Part shown: positions 1 through 13,799 of the stretch, in pieces
Numbering within the stretch: position 1 is the stretch's first letter
Layout of the letters: each line of letters starts with the position of its first letter
Origin: Bugula neritina
Lineage: Eukaryota; Animalia; Bryozoa
Direction of reading: 5' to 3'
DNA: 64,000 nt
Assembly: GCA_964035545.1 (NCBI GenBank)
Contig: OZ037765.1
Location: forward strand, 11,914,698 to 11,978,697
Notes under the pieces: model-generated
What the model saw: only the letters and a program-made list of their open reading frames with translations
What the model was told of the DNA's origin: nothing
Database searches by the model: none
Position numbers and translations under genes: made by a program

Positions 1-78
1 ATTCTACATCTAGATAACTATGCTAGCTCCATATGTGTAAGTCAACTACAAAACAAATATATAAATTGGCTGGTGTCC

Positions 79-342
79 GGTAAAAAAAGCACCAGTGAAA
101 ATGGTACAGGCAATAATGGCAAAGTAGGCACATTCTCAATACTGGAGTTTGGAGTAGGGGGTTGAGAATGGGGTTTAAGTTTGAAGATGGGAGTTTGAGT
201 TTGGAGTTGGGTTTTAATGGTTGGGATCTTGGATTTTTGGGTGGGAGGGTTTGGATTTGAGGATTGGGAAAATTTAACATTAGTGTGCCATTTTAAACTG
301 TCCCATTATTACCTGTGCTATTTTTACTGGTGCCATTTTTAT
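79..342. mobile_element. MITE-like element with imperfect terminal inverted repeats enclosing a G/T-skewed degenerate (GGGTTT/GAGTTT)n core
   Basis: Left ggtaaaaaaagcaccagtgaaaatggtacaggcaataatggca resembles the reverse complement of right tgtcccattattacctgtgctatttttactggtgccatttttatc; interior 143-270 is G/T-rich hexamer-like repeats. Confidence 0.6.
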
Positions 343-927
343 CTAAAGTCAACTTGTTTTAGTAGTTTCAACAAATTTATTTTGAAGTATAGGGTTAGTG
401 TAAAAGTTAAACTATGATATGAACTCTAGCCTGTCTTAAAACTACAATTAAAATTGACTGAAGTACATCGAATTTCTGTTAAGTCTGATACTCAAAGCAG
501 ATGACTGCTAAAATAATGGGTGCATGATATACATAGTTTTAAATCATTATAACAGAGTTATTCACTCAAACAGAAAAGTCATTTTAATTACTAACTTATT
601 AAATTCAGAATGCATTGTATATTGTGTTTTTCGTTAGTTTTACTAAATCTAAAGTTTTACTTATATTCATTTTTAACTAAATTTTAAAATTTTACCGTTC
701 AAATCAAAATTACACAAGCTCTCCTTTTACAATTACCGGCTGTAGATAAAATTGAATTAAAAAATACTGGGTACAATGAATTTCAATAGTAAAGCACATA
801 TATCAAGCTATCCTCTGCAATCACCTGCATGAATACATAGTGACCCTTTTGAGGGGCCTAGTTTATGTAACACTCATGTATAAACACCAATGAAGTGCCA
901 ATGTTAAACTTTTACTCTAATTTATAG

Positions 928-1127
928 ACGATAAAGCTACAACCGTGACACCTGCTATATCTTCTACTCCAAGTGCAGACCCTGGCTCTTCACCTAATAG
1001 TGCAGCCCCTGGCTCTTCACCTAATAGTGCAGCCCCTGGCTCTTCACCTAATAGTGCAGCATCTCTTTCAGCCATCAGCCGTTTTTTTATCATTTTCAGT
1101 TTCTCTACTATACTGTACTTTGTGTAA
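928..1127 (+). CDS. Terminal coding exon of an upstream gene; Ser/Pro/Ala stalk plus hydrophobic C-terminus (probable GPI-anchor signal)
   Basis: Acceptor ctctaatttatag|AC at 927/928; reads DKATTVTPAISSTPSADPGSSPNSAAPGSSPNSAAPGSSPNSAASLSAISRFFIIFSFSTILYFV*; AATAAA at 1336-1341. Confidence 0.65.
981..1061 (+). repeat. 27-bp coding tandem repeat x3 (PGSSPNSAA)
   Basis: cctggctcttcacctaatagtgcagc(c) repeated three times in frame. Confidence 0.9.
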
Positions 1128-2175
1128 GGATATCTTACAGAAGAACAACTTACTCTATATTTTCTTATCTATTTATGAAAGCAAATATTTTCAATATTCA
1201 AGTGTTTATTATTTTTATGACCTTGTTAACATTAATAGTTGACATTTTCGTTGTGATACAAAGTTTTCCAACTTTATACAGGCACAGATAAGCAGTCGAT
1301 GTTGCCTGGATAGAATACTACAAGCATTAGTTTACAATAAATAATATGGATACAAATACTTGAAATTATCAAACATATTTTCATATTTTTCAAACACTTT
1401 GTTCTCCCTTTTTTATGAAATGCTGATATTTACAGCAAATCTTTACTCAGAGGTACCAATCGAGCTAACAGCAACAATGTAGTTAATGCTGTTGAGTTCT
1501 ATTACATATTATTATTATTATTATATGAAAAAGTAAAACCAATAAAACGCGTACTTATACACAACTATGACCAATATATAATATGTATTGTATGTATAAA
1601 TATTTCATGATGGGTTTCGAAAATGCAAGTATAGCAGAAGTAGAAAAATGTGAGCACACAGTATGAAATATTCATATATTATATATATATTATACATAAT
1701 TAAAAGTCATGTTGACAATCTGGCAGATAAAATGTAATAAAAAATTAAAAAAAACAACACAATTTAGTAGAAAAACTTGGCTGTATAATACTACTTTTAT
1801 AAAATACTTGTATTATAGCAACAGGCTCTTGGTACAATATAATGTAGAAATGTTTAATATTTTGCACAAGCATCAAGGTACTTGTTATAATATTGTAGAA
1901 TAAGTTGATCTTTATGCTCGCGTGGTATAAATTCTTGTGAAAACCATGTTCGGATCTTGATGCAATCTTGCTTTCTGATGATTGTAACAACATTTCACAT
2001 GTTTTCATGCAGGAAATGCACTTTTATCTTTTGTTTATATATAACTATATAACTATAATAATATACAGCAGTAAAAAATTTAAAATACACACAAGTATAT
2101 ATACAGTAAACCCGGTACTATGCTGAAAAAATTAAGTTAATCTTTGCTTGCTCTCCATTGGTATCTCAGAAAAAG

Positions 2176-5100
2176 TTATGAGGATTTTGGGTTATATGAC
2201 ACAATTGTAGCTTTAGAGTCACTTGTGCTGTACGCCACATTGTCGGCCGCGTTTTTAGACTTACTCAGCATTTCCCCGTTAGTTGCATTAGCCAGGACCT
2301 CGCCATATCTCACTGGCGAGGACACCCACTTGTCACTAGGTCTGGTCAGTCTTCTTATTCTCTGTAACAACAACATAGCTTATAGTAACCATTTTGCATA
2401 AGAAGTTCCATGCATATTGACTTTAATATAAACAATTATACTTGTAAACTGCATGAACAAACTTCCACATCAGCGATCCTAATTAGGTTTGAATGTAAAT
2501 CAAAAATTATCGTTATATCATTTAGGCCAACAATTTAATTTTTTCAAAAGATGTGTTAAAAGCATTCAAATTTCTTTTATACTAAATTTTGATGCATTCT
2601 TACACTATCATCAGCATGAAACTGTGTTTAGCTTATTTGATGCATACAACTATTATTTATTGATGAGCTCTTGTAGGCATAGCAAAACACTGATAACTAT
2701 TATAAGCGCACAAGAACCTATTAAAACTATTATTGAAACTAGTTTTCAAATAAACCAAAACACTAAAAATTAGAATTATTATCACATTTTAAAAGGCATA
2801 GAGACTTTAGTATAGAATTACTGGTGCAGATTTTTCTTTAGCTAATAAAACCAACATGTATACCAATTTCTACAAGTAAGAGGAAATTACTGGATACAAC
2901 TGTGTAGGGAAATATGTATATTTTTAGGTTGCATGTAGGCACAAAAATATTTTGCACACAATATTTTATGTTCTATATAATGGTTGACAGATGTAAACTA
3001 TACTTATCAAAATAATTATAGTTCCATGGAAATTGAAAGGCTTTCATTTAAAACCCAAAGCATATTACTTCTCATGCTTATGAGCCTACACTAAAATCAA
3101 TGTTTAATAAAATAGCTGCTCTTTGAAGCAGTTTTAATTACAGTTACTGAGCTTCAGATCTCTAAACCTTATCTAGGGTGCACTTACGGTTGCTATTTAC
3201 AAAGTTTGATAAATGAAAACAATGTGATAATTTGTACCTGCCAAATGCTTTCCTCGCTATCAGGTAGAGACAAATAGTCATAAACTATGACCATCACCCC
3301 ATAGATTGGAATTATCAGAATGGGTAGGACAGCAACCAACCAGCCAATAGTTTGAGCCCAGTTTGGTAGAAGATAATTTCCATATGAAAGTTTTCCAGTC
3401 TGGATGAAATTGAATACCACAACAACCTACAACAATTAAAGTCATAGATTATTGTTTTAATTTGTTATAACTTGGTGTTTTAGAGAATTGCCATGCATTA
3501 GATCTCAAATTATAAGAGTGCATACAACAAAACTGTGCTGATGTTCATACACAAAAGTTTTATTTTAAAATGCCCTGTATATTCTAATATTCAAAGAATT
3601 ATTTTTTAAATGCCAGAATTTCAATATTAGCTGCAAAAAAGTTTAATTTCTAAAGAACCAACCAGTAAAAGCAGAGGAGTAATGACTTTCCACAAGATTC
3701 GGAAAAACCACCACCCAAAAGGGTGGAACTTCCAACCAAGCATTTCTTGAACATTATCAAGTATGTTTTCTGCACCTGTAATAATTAATAATTTATATAA
3801 CAAAAACTGTGCAGAACTTTATTATAAATCAAACTATTGATCAAAGCATTAGGTTTCTGTAAAAACTATGCACTTTCTAAAAGTGAGATGGTACCAATGT
3901 ATTGTAGGTAAATAGCAGTAAATATATATGTGATAACACCAGTACAATATGAGTATTGATGCATTCTTCAAAAAGCCAATAAACTAAAAAATGAGAAATA
4001 TATTGTTCTAGACAAGCTTTGACTTTGTTTTATGTGAAGGAATGAAAATCATGATGTGGTATTCAATAAAACTATAAATATTACCGTATACCCAGCCATA
4101 CACTATAACTTCAGCAAAGCCAATCAACACTAAAGACCAGCCAGAAAAGTAATTTACAAGTTCTTCCCAATATATCCCAGCCTAAATTAGAAATAGTACA
4201 ATTATAGACATAGCATTTCGGTAAGAAAATAAAACAAATCTTATTTATATACTAACATCTAATCCTCATTATTTTAATTATTGAGCTATAGCTATTTACA
4301 TATAGTGATTTAAATTATATTTCCCAGGTTAAAGTTAAGTGTGTACTATTGTATAGTCTATGGTGATAATAGAATGTATATATTTGAGCCATAATTCAAA
4401 TTTTGTACCACTGAAGTGCATATATGTTCCGCTTTTTGGCTGCTTAAACTAACTAGAAATTATAAGTCAGATCTAACAACTATGTTCGATTTGCATAATA
4501 AGACAAGTAATTGAATATCAGCCATTTGTTAGATCTAATAGTCTAATAGTCAAATAGTGTTGAAATGAGTTCATGTCTGTCAGTTTATAACTGAACATAA
4601 CTAGAGGCATGTGACTGTATATGGAGTTGTCTTACATCACATGTCATGTTGATCGTAATCAGAAACATAAAGGAACAAATTATGGCTGCTATCAGAGGTT
4701 TCCACTTCACCAGTTTAGGTCTGTTGTCTATAATAGCCGTCATTATGACTTCTATACCAGCAAACTAAAACAGTTATAATTCTTTTAATTGTAATGATAG
4801 AACATTCCGTTTCCTATAAAAATTGTAAATAAACATGTATACATTCAATACATGCAATTAGTTTTCTAGCTCATATGTACTATTCATCTTAAATAGACTT
4901 TTCCACAGCAGTTGTTAAACTGAGTTTAATAAGATTTTCTTTAGGTAATACCATGTGCATGAAAAGCTACATTTGGCGATATGCAAATAAATAAACAAAT
5001 CAAGTTTTTATGCTTACAAAAACAATATTAATTATTAGCTTTCTCAATGATGTTGTAAATGTTAAGGTTTAAGCTTTTTTAAAAAAGTTGCACTAGTATA

Positions 5101-8100
5101 TCAGCCATACTGATTGCTTAATTTTCTTGAACCATGCAACTAAACAGACACAAGTATTATATTTATATCAGCATTAGATTTTAATTACTGTTGGTTGCTG
5201 ATGAAAATTAGATGTTATCATCTCCTGGTTAGAAGTTCTCACCTGGCTATCCAATCCCAGAGTAAGTAACATAAAGAAGAAAATAATGGACCAAAATGGC
5301 GGAGCAGGCATTTGTGACACAACTTCTGGGTAGGCTATGAAAGCCAGAGCTGAGCCTACAAACAATGACTAAATTAGAGTTTCAAGTTGAAGAAAAATTG
5401 CCAGCAAGAGCATATTTTCTATTTATTTTTTATTATAGAGAAGTCATCTAGATTCTTAATATACTATCCAAGAGAATTATTTGAAAGTTATTTTTAGCCA
5501 GTTTTTGATGAATTAATTTCACTATATCTTAAAAGGTTGCATAGTTTGAGGTATTATTTTATCAGTGCATGTTGTGCACTACAGATGCTTCAGGGTATAT
5601 TGCCCCCCCCCCCTCCATGAAATTGACAAAAAATGATTAGCAATCTAAGTTGGGCAACTGATAACATATCTGACGTACATGCAAAATGTTAATCAAACTT
5701 CTTATCAATATAGATAGGCAACTTTAAATATAGGCATGATTAAATTCTATTTCCTAGACAACACTATAATATGCATTTAAAATCAAAAATTCTCAAATTG
5801 CGATTACATTTTTAGCTTTTTTATGGTGAGTTCAACCTGTGACCCCTGAAAGGGTATCTCAAAAACAATACCATAATGTACAGAAATAGACAACTCGCGC
5901 CAAGCATTGTAACTTAATGTTTGATACACAATGGCAAGACTCCAATAGCTTTGAAAGCTATTGATATATTTCCATATAGGAGGATTTCAACCAATGAATG
6001 TTTAGCAGAAAGCATAGGGAAATAATTTTACCCCAAGAGATAATGGTTTCGTGATCAAAATTTAATTGGCCAATACCCAATAATTTCCATCAGTAATGCA
6101 GTTAAAATTGTTATTAAAATTTGTAGAATTGCGTTGTAAATAGATTTACTTGCTGGTTTAAAAATTGCTACTAAATTGTTTTTGTAAGCACAGATTGGTT
6201 AATCACTAAGGAGGTTGGCACACTTTTTAGGCTCTCTCCACCAATCTACCACTTGACTAGCTAGGCTATAGCGCAATGGGCCTCATCATCGCCTCCTTGG
6301 CATTTTCTAATGTCCTTGTGTTATTAAATACCTTTGATGAAATAAACCAAACAAACAAACAAACAAACTTTTCCATGGATGCTGTTTAAATTTACTAAAT
6401 TCTACCAAGTAGCTGCATCTTACAGTATCGCTAGCAATGACAAAATGCAGACATTCAAATAAGGTGTTGCTAAGCATTAACCAGAAAACTACCATTTTCA
6501 GAAAACCAACAAATAATAATATATTTGAATTATAATACATTTAGTCCAAAAATTCAAAAGCCTGGCACTTTGAAAACATTGAGAGTCCATGCATGCTTCT
6601 AAGATTTACTCAACACCAAAACTGTGCCAAAAAATGTTATAGAACTAGGCTGTTATAAATGAGGTAATGGAAATGGTATTCTCCGTGACTTGCAGAGAAC
6701 ATATAACGAGCAAGACTGCCAGCTAATGATACTCCTAGATAGAGGAGATAAATGTAAGAAATTAAAGAAAACTCTCAAATGTTTGGGTCAAGGCAAATAT
6801 AGTTGCAGAAAATGTTTGATATTTTGATTTACTATTTTATTTAGTTTTTCTAAGTATTTTTATACTGTCAAACAACCACTAACTTCCTAATTGCATCATA
6901 TTATTATATTCAATAAAACAGAAATGTGGTAGCACCAGTGTGTAGAAACAACAACTTGTGGCTTTTTGAATCAATTAACCTTTACCTTCTGATAATATAC
7001 TTTTAGTTGCTAAGCTTGTTAACAACAAGTATGAGTATTGCAAGAGTTTTAGTTGTTATTACTTAGTTCAAAAAGATTAGGACCACTTGGCACTCAACAA
7101 CATTTTATTGACTATGTTAATGTATTGATATCAGTATTGATTACAAACACTTGTAGTTACAATCATCAGTTTGTGCACATGATTAGCAACAAGAAACTTA
7201 TTTGACAGAAAAGTCAATATTAACGACTTGAGTTTAATTTCCATTGGCTCTATTCCAAAAATAGTAGGCCTGGATTAAAGTGGTGTATGCCAGTCTCATA
7301 AAATTGGTTTGATTATAAAACGCTGTCTATAATCTTTGTTTTAATAAATCTAAACTATCCAAACTGCTGTAAGACACTATAGATATATATTATATACACC
7401 CAATTTCTATAGATACTTGGCGGAGCTATGTTATAATATTAATGAAAATTTTTTGTGAAAGGAAATACCTAAATATGCTCTAAACTCGGTTTACTAGGGC
7501 AAGCTTACCAGATTCGACAACTTCCGGTACTTTCTTTCCCAATTGTAAAGCCAGAAATCCAAGAATAGAAAAGATGGGAAACCCAGCAATAATGCTTGTC
7601 ACACAGTTTCCAATGCAAACTATTAGAGTATCCCTGGAGAAGTAGGTGGAAAATAGGAACATTTTTAATTTGAAGAGTTGTCCTCTATTAAGTTATTTCT
7701 TCACATTACATAAATTATTGTTTTCCAAATTTCAGAAATATTGGGAGGAACATAAATACCTTATAGCTATTACATTAACTGTTTAAAAAAGACTTATTAT
7801 ATGGATAAACATAAAGGCATTAGTTTACCTGAGAATATTATTGTTGAAAGTGTTGTAACTAGAATACGTCATAAGGCCACCCATACCAACAGACAAGGAA
7901 AAGAAAATTTGCCCAGCTGCGTCAACCCAAATCTACAAATTTACAAACAATAAACATAATTTTTTTACATAAATTACAGCAGATAATCCAGCAATTAGCT
8001 GTGTAGTGTATTTGGTATAAATAATTCTATTCTCTTTTTATTGTTAACTCATCCTAGTTTTTTACTCTGTATGATGAATTAACTTTTAGCAAGCGAATGG

Positions 8101-11100
8101 TATATAGCACTTTCAAATTATTGCAGCTTTTAGTTATTAAAATATCAATGAAAAGCTATAAACACTTAGAATATTTTTGAAATGTTATAGCAGTTTACTT
8201 TTAACTTGTTTAAGAAATTTGATTTTGCAAGCTTTACAATCAGTTGTGAGGTTTGACAGCCCACTTCTAGTGTTGAGTAGCCAGAAGGAGGAAATAACTC
8301 CTTCAGTTAGGCACACCTACCTCTGGTGACCCAAGCTTTGTAAAGTTTGGTGTCATATAAAATTCTATCCCATCTCTGGCACCCTCCAGTGTAGCTCCAT
8401 ATATCAAAAGTACTAGGATTACAACGTATGGGAATGTAGCAGTAAAATATACAACTTTGCCAGAGGTCTTAATACCTGCAACAATATAGTACCAATAACA
8501 AAATATAGCTCGCACTGTTAACAATATGTGCTGTTTTATAAGAAAATGTTTCATTAAAGATAATTTTATCATGATCAATTTTCACTTATAGGCCATTCTT
8601 AAAAATTGCTGTGCTATTTTGTTTATTTTGCCAACCTTTGAGGACACAGAGATACACAACGATCCAAGAAAACAGTAGGGTGAGTGTAATGTCCCATTTG
8701 GGAGCTCCGATGTCGTCCATGGGTCTTATAACACCAGTGTTGTAACCATCTTCATCTCGGTAGTTCTGTGCATACATCTTGTCACTTCAAACACAATTGC
8801 ATAGCAGACATGAGCTACATTACAATGATTTGCTATAAGTTTTGGGCATTTCTTAATGGTTTTCTTAATTTGCATAGTGAAAAGTTAGGACACAGGAAGA
8901 ACTGCAAGTTAACTGTTTTGTTTGCATCAATATACATTAATTATGTTTGGCCAGGAAGCTATAGCTTCAAGTTCCTCAAAATATGATGGTCAAATTGACA
9001 TTTAATGAGACTCATTATTGCATTACAAAAACATGACAGTAGGTAAGAAGAGTACAGTGTAATCAGTTAGTTATAACCAAAATATTTGCATTGTGCTGAA
9101 CTTTGAACTACACTAGGGTTATCTTGAGGAAGTTAAGGAGCACAATAGGGTGCTTGCATTCTAGCTATCTGCTTATTTACAACCAATAAAATATGTAATA
9201 AAGTGGGTATACTGATACAGTAGTGTAGTGACATAGTAGTGTAGTGACATAGTGGTGTAGTGACATAGTAGTGTAGTGACATAGTGGTGTAGTGACACAG
9301 TAGTGTAGTGACATAGTAGTGTAGTGAGACAGTAGTGTAGTGACACAGTAGTGTAGTGACACAGTAACTACTTGCACGGTTAGCTGATTTTGCTCAAAAA
9401 ATGTAGATGAAAATAATGAACAAAATAATACATTACTAACAAACACTTGAGCTAGAATATTATAATAATTATATATGCATTATTCGGTGTAAAATGAGCT
9501 AACTAAATCAGATTTTAAAGAATAAATCAATTATAATAGCATATCTCTGTAATGGAAAAGTTGAGCTATATTTTCTTATTAGTATTTAAGAAAACTTAAC
9601 TGGCAAAATGTAAACAGCTTCCACTTCATCATACAGATAATTATTTCTCCAATGAAAACTATTTATTTTATTGCCTGATTGTCTTCCAATCACAATAAAT
9701 TAGGCATTTTAATAAAATTATTAAATAACGTACCCAGAGAACAGAAACTGGTGAGTTTGTTTCACTGTTGCTTGCTAGCTTCAACTTAATGAAATATCCT
9801 ATTGCACGTTTGTTTTATTTTGTTTTATAAGTTTTTGTACCTGTGAGGCTTTTATGCTGGCTAAGAATTGAGCCTCTTTCCATGCTAGCAACAGTTTGTG
9901 TCGGACAGGCCTGCACTGAAACCACTAGGCCACGGCTGCTCTTTATATAACATAACTTACTCGTCATAGGAATAAACTTAAAACTGGTCCTACATACAAA
10001 GCTATTCATCAAGTAAATGCTTTCATGAATTTGAAGAATATATAGTAATTTTTCAATAATTAGCTCTAAAAACTATATTTTAAAGCTTTTATTGCTATCT
10101 GTTAAATTTCCTATTCATATATATTATATTGATATTACTGATGTTTTTCCCATTATTACATATCCTACTGGTTTCGTAACACCAAAGGAAATATAATAGT
10201 CAAACACAAAATTATGGCTCCACTTTGTGAGTTCCTACAGCATTTATGCATGCTTTGGCAATTTTTTCCTAATTTTATTAACTACTATCCCATGCATAGT
10301 AATAGAGCAACTGAATAACTTAGGTGGGGGTAAGCCTTACCGTGCCTGAAATCTTATCTAGCATACTTTATATAATCAAAAACTGTTTACAATTCTTTAA
10401 AGCACCATTTATATACATTAACAGATATTATACGTAAGAGCATACTTGCAATTTACACCAAGTACCTACTCTATGTAGAGTTTAGTTTGCTATCGTATAA
10501 GGTGAAATACCAGCTCCATTCTAACTTTCTTTAAACAAAAGCTGTTGAATCTTTCCATAGCCAATGTTATTTTAGTGTTGTTATCTTTCATAACTTGTAA
10601 TTACTATATACTAATTTTAATAGATTAACAGAAATTCTATAACCCAAAACACTACTTATATATTGTGAATTTTGGAACAATTGATCTATAATATTTAGTG
10701 TATTATTTTTAATTTTAAGTCACGTCAATGAGATGGAAGACAAGGTATAGAAATTACTTGAAAAATTCTTGAGCTGCCGGTACTTTCTCACTGTCTAGAA
10801 GAGCTGCTTTCCTTCCAGCTATTGTGTTGTTGAACTCTGGTATAATGTCGTTCAGCGCTACTACACTAGCATTGTAGCACTGCCTGAAGAGATAGATACT
10901 GCCATTATCCGCCTTTTCACAGTTTCTTTCAGCCACAGCATCGAAACATTCTACATAACAAGGTACAGCAAACTAAATGAAAGAGCTACAGCATATTATC
11001 CTACTTATAATGTATGCATCACTTATAACTGGCAGATCATTTTCAAGTAATAGAGTCAGTCACCAAAATTTTTAGTAGATCACTTGTGCTTAGCTATGCT

Positions 11101-13799
11101 ATCACATGTTTTTCTATGTATATATATAATATGACTAATCAAAATCTTATACTATAATAACTGTCTTGTTATCCTGCATAATATTGGTAAACAAGGCTCT
11201 CAAAATGAGGATGAAAGCTTTGTTTACTAAAACGGTATGCTAATAACAAGGAAAATAACAGGATAGTCAATCTAAGATAAGGGCACAAGTGTAGAAAAGC
11301 ATAGTTATAGTCTACGTACTGTCAGAGTTCCACTTGTTGTCACAGCCAACCCAAGGTAGAGATGATTGAAATGAAGAGAACATGTAGTATATGGACCACA
11401 TAATCACAGCATTGTAATACAAAGAACTGAAGAAGGATATGGCTATCATACCAATTCCAAGACCTACAAAATAAATTTAGCTTTAAGAAAACAAAGTTTT
11501 TTAGTTAGCCAAATGCAATTAGTTGAGGAGTAACTTTTAGTAATTTAAGTAAATGTAAATGTCATAATATCTTTTGAATTTACTGCAATTAATTTGAAAA
11601 AAATATTAACTGTAAAAACCGATATCCAACATTTCATATCTCTAGTCAAAATTAATGTGTTCCAAAGTTATTTCTAGTTACCAAAACATCAAAAATGGTA
11701 GTTAGGTATTCGCCTTTTTATTAGCCTAAAGAAAAGCAGAGAATCATTTAGTGACTATATTAACATTTTGGAAACTGAAGTCATTTCAGAAGGGACTAGT
11801 ATTACAAAATTACTAGCTTATGTTAATTCTGATACTGAAAAGTAATAAACTATAAAATCAAAAAAGTTATTACTACTTCTGTGAAAAAGCTGAGTTTACA
11901 GCAAATCTATACCAGGGTATTGCAATGCTCATGAGTTGACACTAAATTTTGAAATTTGATATTTTCAGATATGGTTTTGCCTAGCAACAACATAAAGTAA
12001 ATCACATTTTTAAGCCCTTTGATATAAGTGTTCAATACATTCCTACCATTGTTCTATTTATCTTTGTTTAATAGTAAGCTATAACCAGAGTTCCTATTTA
12101 CATTGTCAATTTGACAAGACATTTATTAGTTTGACCTATGACATACACCAATTGAGATCATGGCTTTTGGCCAAAAACAAACATCCTAAATGATTTTGCT
12201 GTCTGAGTATCCGACAGCATACAATGTATTAAGCATAATAATCTAGAGTTTTGCAATACAGTTTGGCAAGGAGATGACATGAGCTAGTGTAATACATATA
12301 AAAAATAATTACTGGGTGGGCTGTCAAAAAAAAACATATTTTTGGTAAAACATGAAATGTCTCTCAGCTGACAGCTGCGTGATTGTCAAACAAAAAATAG
12401 AGCTGATGCAATTCAGCTAAGAGCAACGTGCACATTAGCCTAAATATTTTGTCTCTCAACTGTATTTCACTTTATCGTACAGGAATTCAAACCAATAACC
12501 TAATAGTAACCATTATCTTTTAATAATGCATTTTTAAATAGTTATAACATTTTTATTTTATCTCCTACATTGAAAATGATATTATATACATGCTTTTAAT
12601 AAAAATATTAAATTTTGTAATTGATTCGCTGATTGAAATTGTAATAATTTTAAACTAAATATATGCTATAAATATTACATAGATAGCCAGCAAAGTTTAC
12701 CTTTAAATAAAGGAGCAAGTTCAAAGAGCTTGTTGGGTCCAACCCCACTGTATTGTCCCAAGATAACTTCCATAAAGAAGATTGGGAGTCCAGCAAAGGC
12801 CAGCATGATGAAGTAGGGAATTAGAAAAGCACCTACACAACATTAAACAAAAATAGCATTCACTCACACTGACCAACCATAAAGCTATTTCTACATCAGA
12901 TTGTCCATAAAACCTTCACCACATTGCAGATCAGTTTTGGAAATCCGGCACTAGTATATAGTTTTTGGTTATTACAGTACAGATATAGTATAGTTAATAA
13001 CTTGAAATAAGCTGTTGCTAGTGATCATTTTCAACATAATATAATTATTGCAATAATGAAATTATAATATGGATATCCTAGTTTTATTTGAGTTCTTTAT
13101 AACACTACTGACTACACTGTCCAATTCTGTATATAGTGCACCAAATTGACAGTTGAAACTATTCAACATAATAAAATTAATGCTGCACATAATATAAGGC
13201 ATGTACTCAAGACAATAGAAAAGTAGTACTCCTTACCTCCTCCATTCTTCCAACACAGCCATGGAAATCTCCAGACATTACCCAGTCCTACTGCGTAGCC
13301 AAGAGCAGAAAGAATAAACTCAGCTTTGCTTCCCCATTTCCCTCTTTCATTCTTTACCTGGTTGTCTTCATCGTCAGGAGAGATTTTAGCCTTTCAAATT
13401 AAATAGTTTTCAAATCACAAAATTCCAGGTTCTTAGATTATTGAATTTATAAAATTTAAGGTTAGGGCATACAGGCTTATCAACTTTAACTGGAAAATAT
13501 TATATTTATTTGCTAGCCGAATGTATTGTGTTTTTATTTATAACTCCACTTTCAACATTGAGAATTTTGTAAAATAAATAATAATAATAAGAAGAAACAA
13601 TAGTCTGCACTAATAGTAATAGCTAGTATGAGTAATACTAATACTAATAAACTTGGAATCTTCCGGAATTGTTCCAATATTATATAAAAATACATATACA
13701 TGCGGTACTCACTGTCGTTGTGTTGTCATTGTCTCCAAGCACAGATTTTAAAAATCTGTGTCCCAACGACAGTTGGTTTTTGTCTTTTGAATCAGCCAT
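2176..13799 (-). CDS. SLC6 / neurotransmitter:sodium symporter family, Na+/Cl- dependent amino-acid-type transporter, 15 coding exons, ~689 aa
   Basis: Exons (- strand): 13799-13713, 13390-13237, 12832-12701, 11463-11320, 10950-10758, 8784-8636, 8475-8321, 7932-7829, 7633-7509, 5355-5243, 4764-4636, 4181-4085, 3775-3663, 3426-3238, 2361-2176. All GT-AG, phases consistent, total 2070 nt. Motifs: [77 protein letters not shown]. Gly rather than Asp in TM1 points to an amino-acid rather than monoamine substrate. Exact subfamily not assignable by eye. Confidence 0.95.
6225..6368 (+). mobile_element. Probable 3' end of a non-LTR retroelement (AATAAA followed by (CAAA)n tail)
   Basis: Relatively GC-rich island ending ...gatgaaataaaccaaacaaacaaacaaacaaac; no intact ORF upstream. 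Confidence 0.4.
9215..9365. repeat. 16-bp minisatellite x~9 (tagtgtagtgacatag), intronic
   Basis: Period 16 at 9221, 9237, 9253, 9269, 9285, 9301. Confidence 0.9.
9855..9940 (-). mobile_element. tRNA-derived SINE-like head (degenerate)
   Basis: Minus strand gagcagccgtggcctagtggtttcagtgc...ggctcaattcttagccagc; starts like the SINE family at 26805/55402/63270 (gagcagccgtggtctag) with A-box- and B-box-like elements. Confidence 0.45.

Noticed and set aside
9215-9365. Common origin with the 16-bp APBA array
   Set aside because: Same period but only a 6-nt gtcact core is shared; insufficient evidence.
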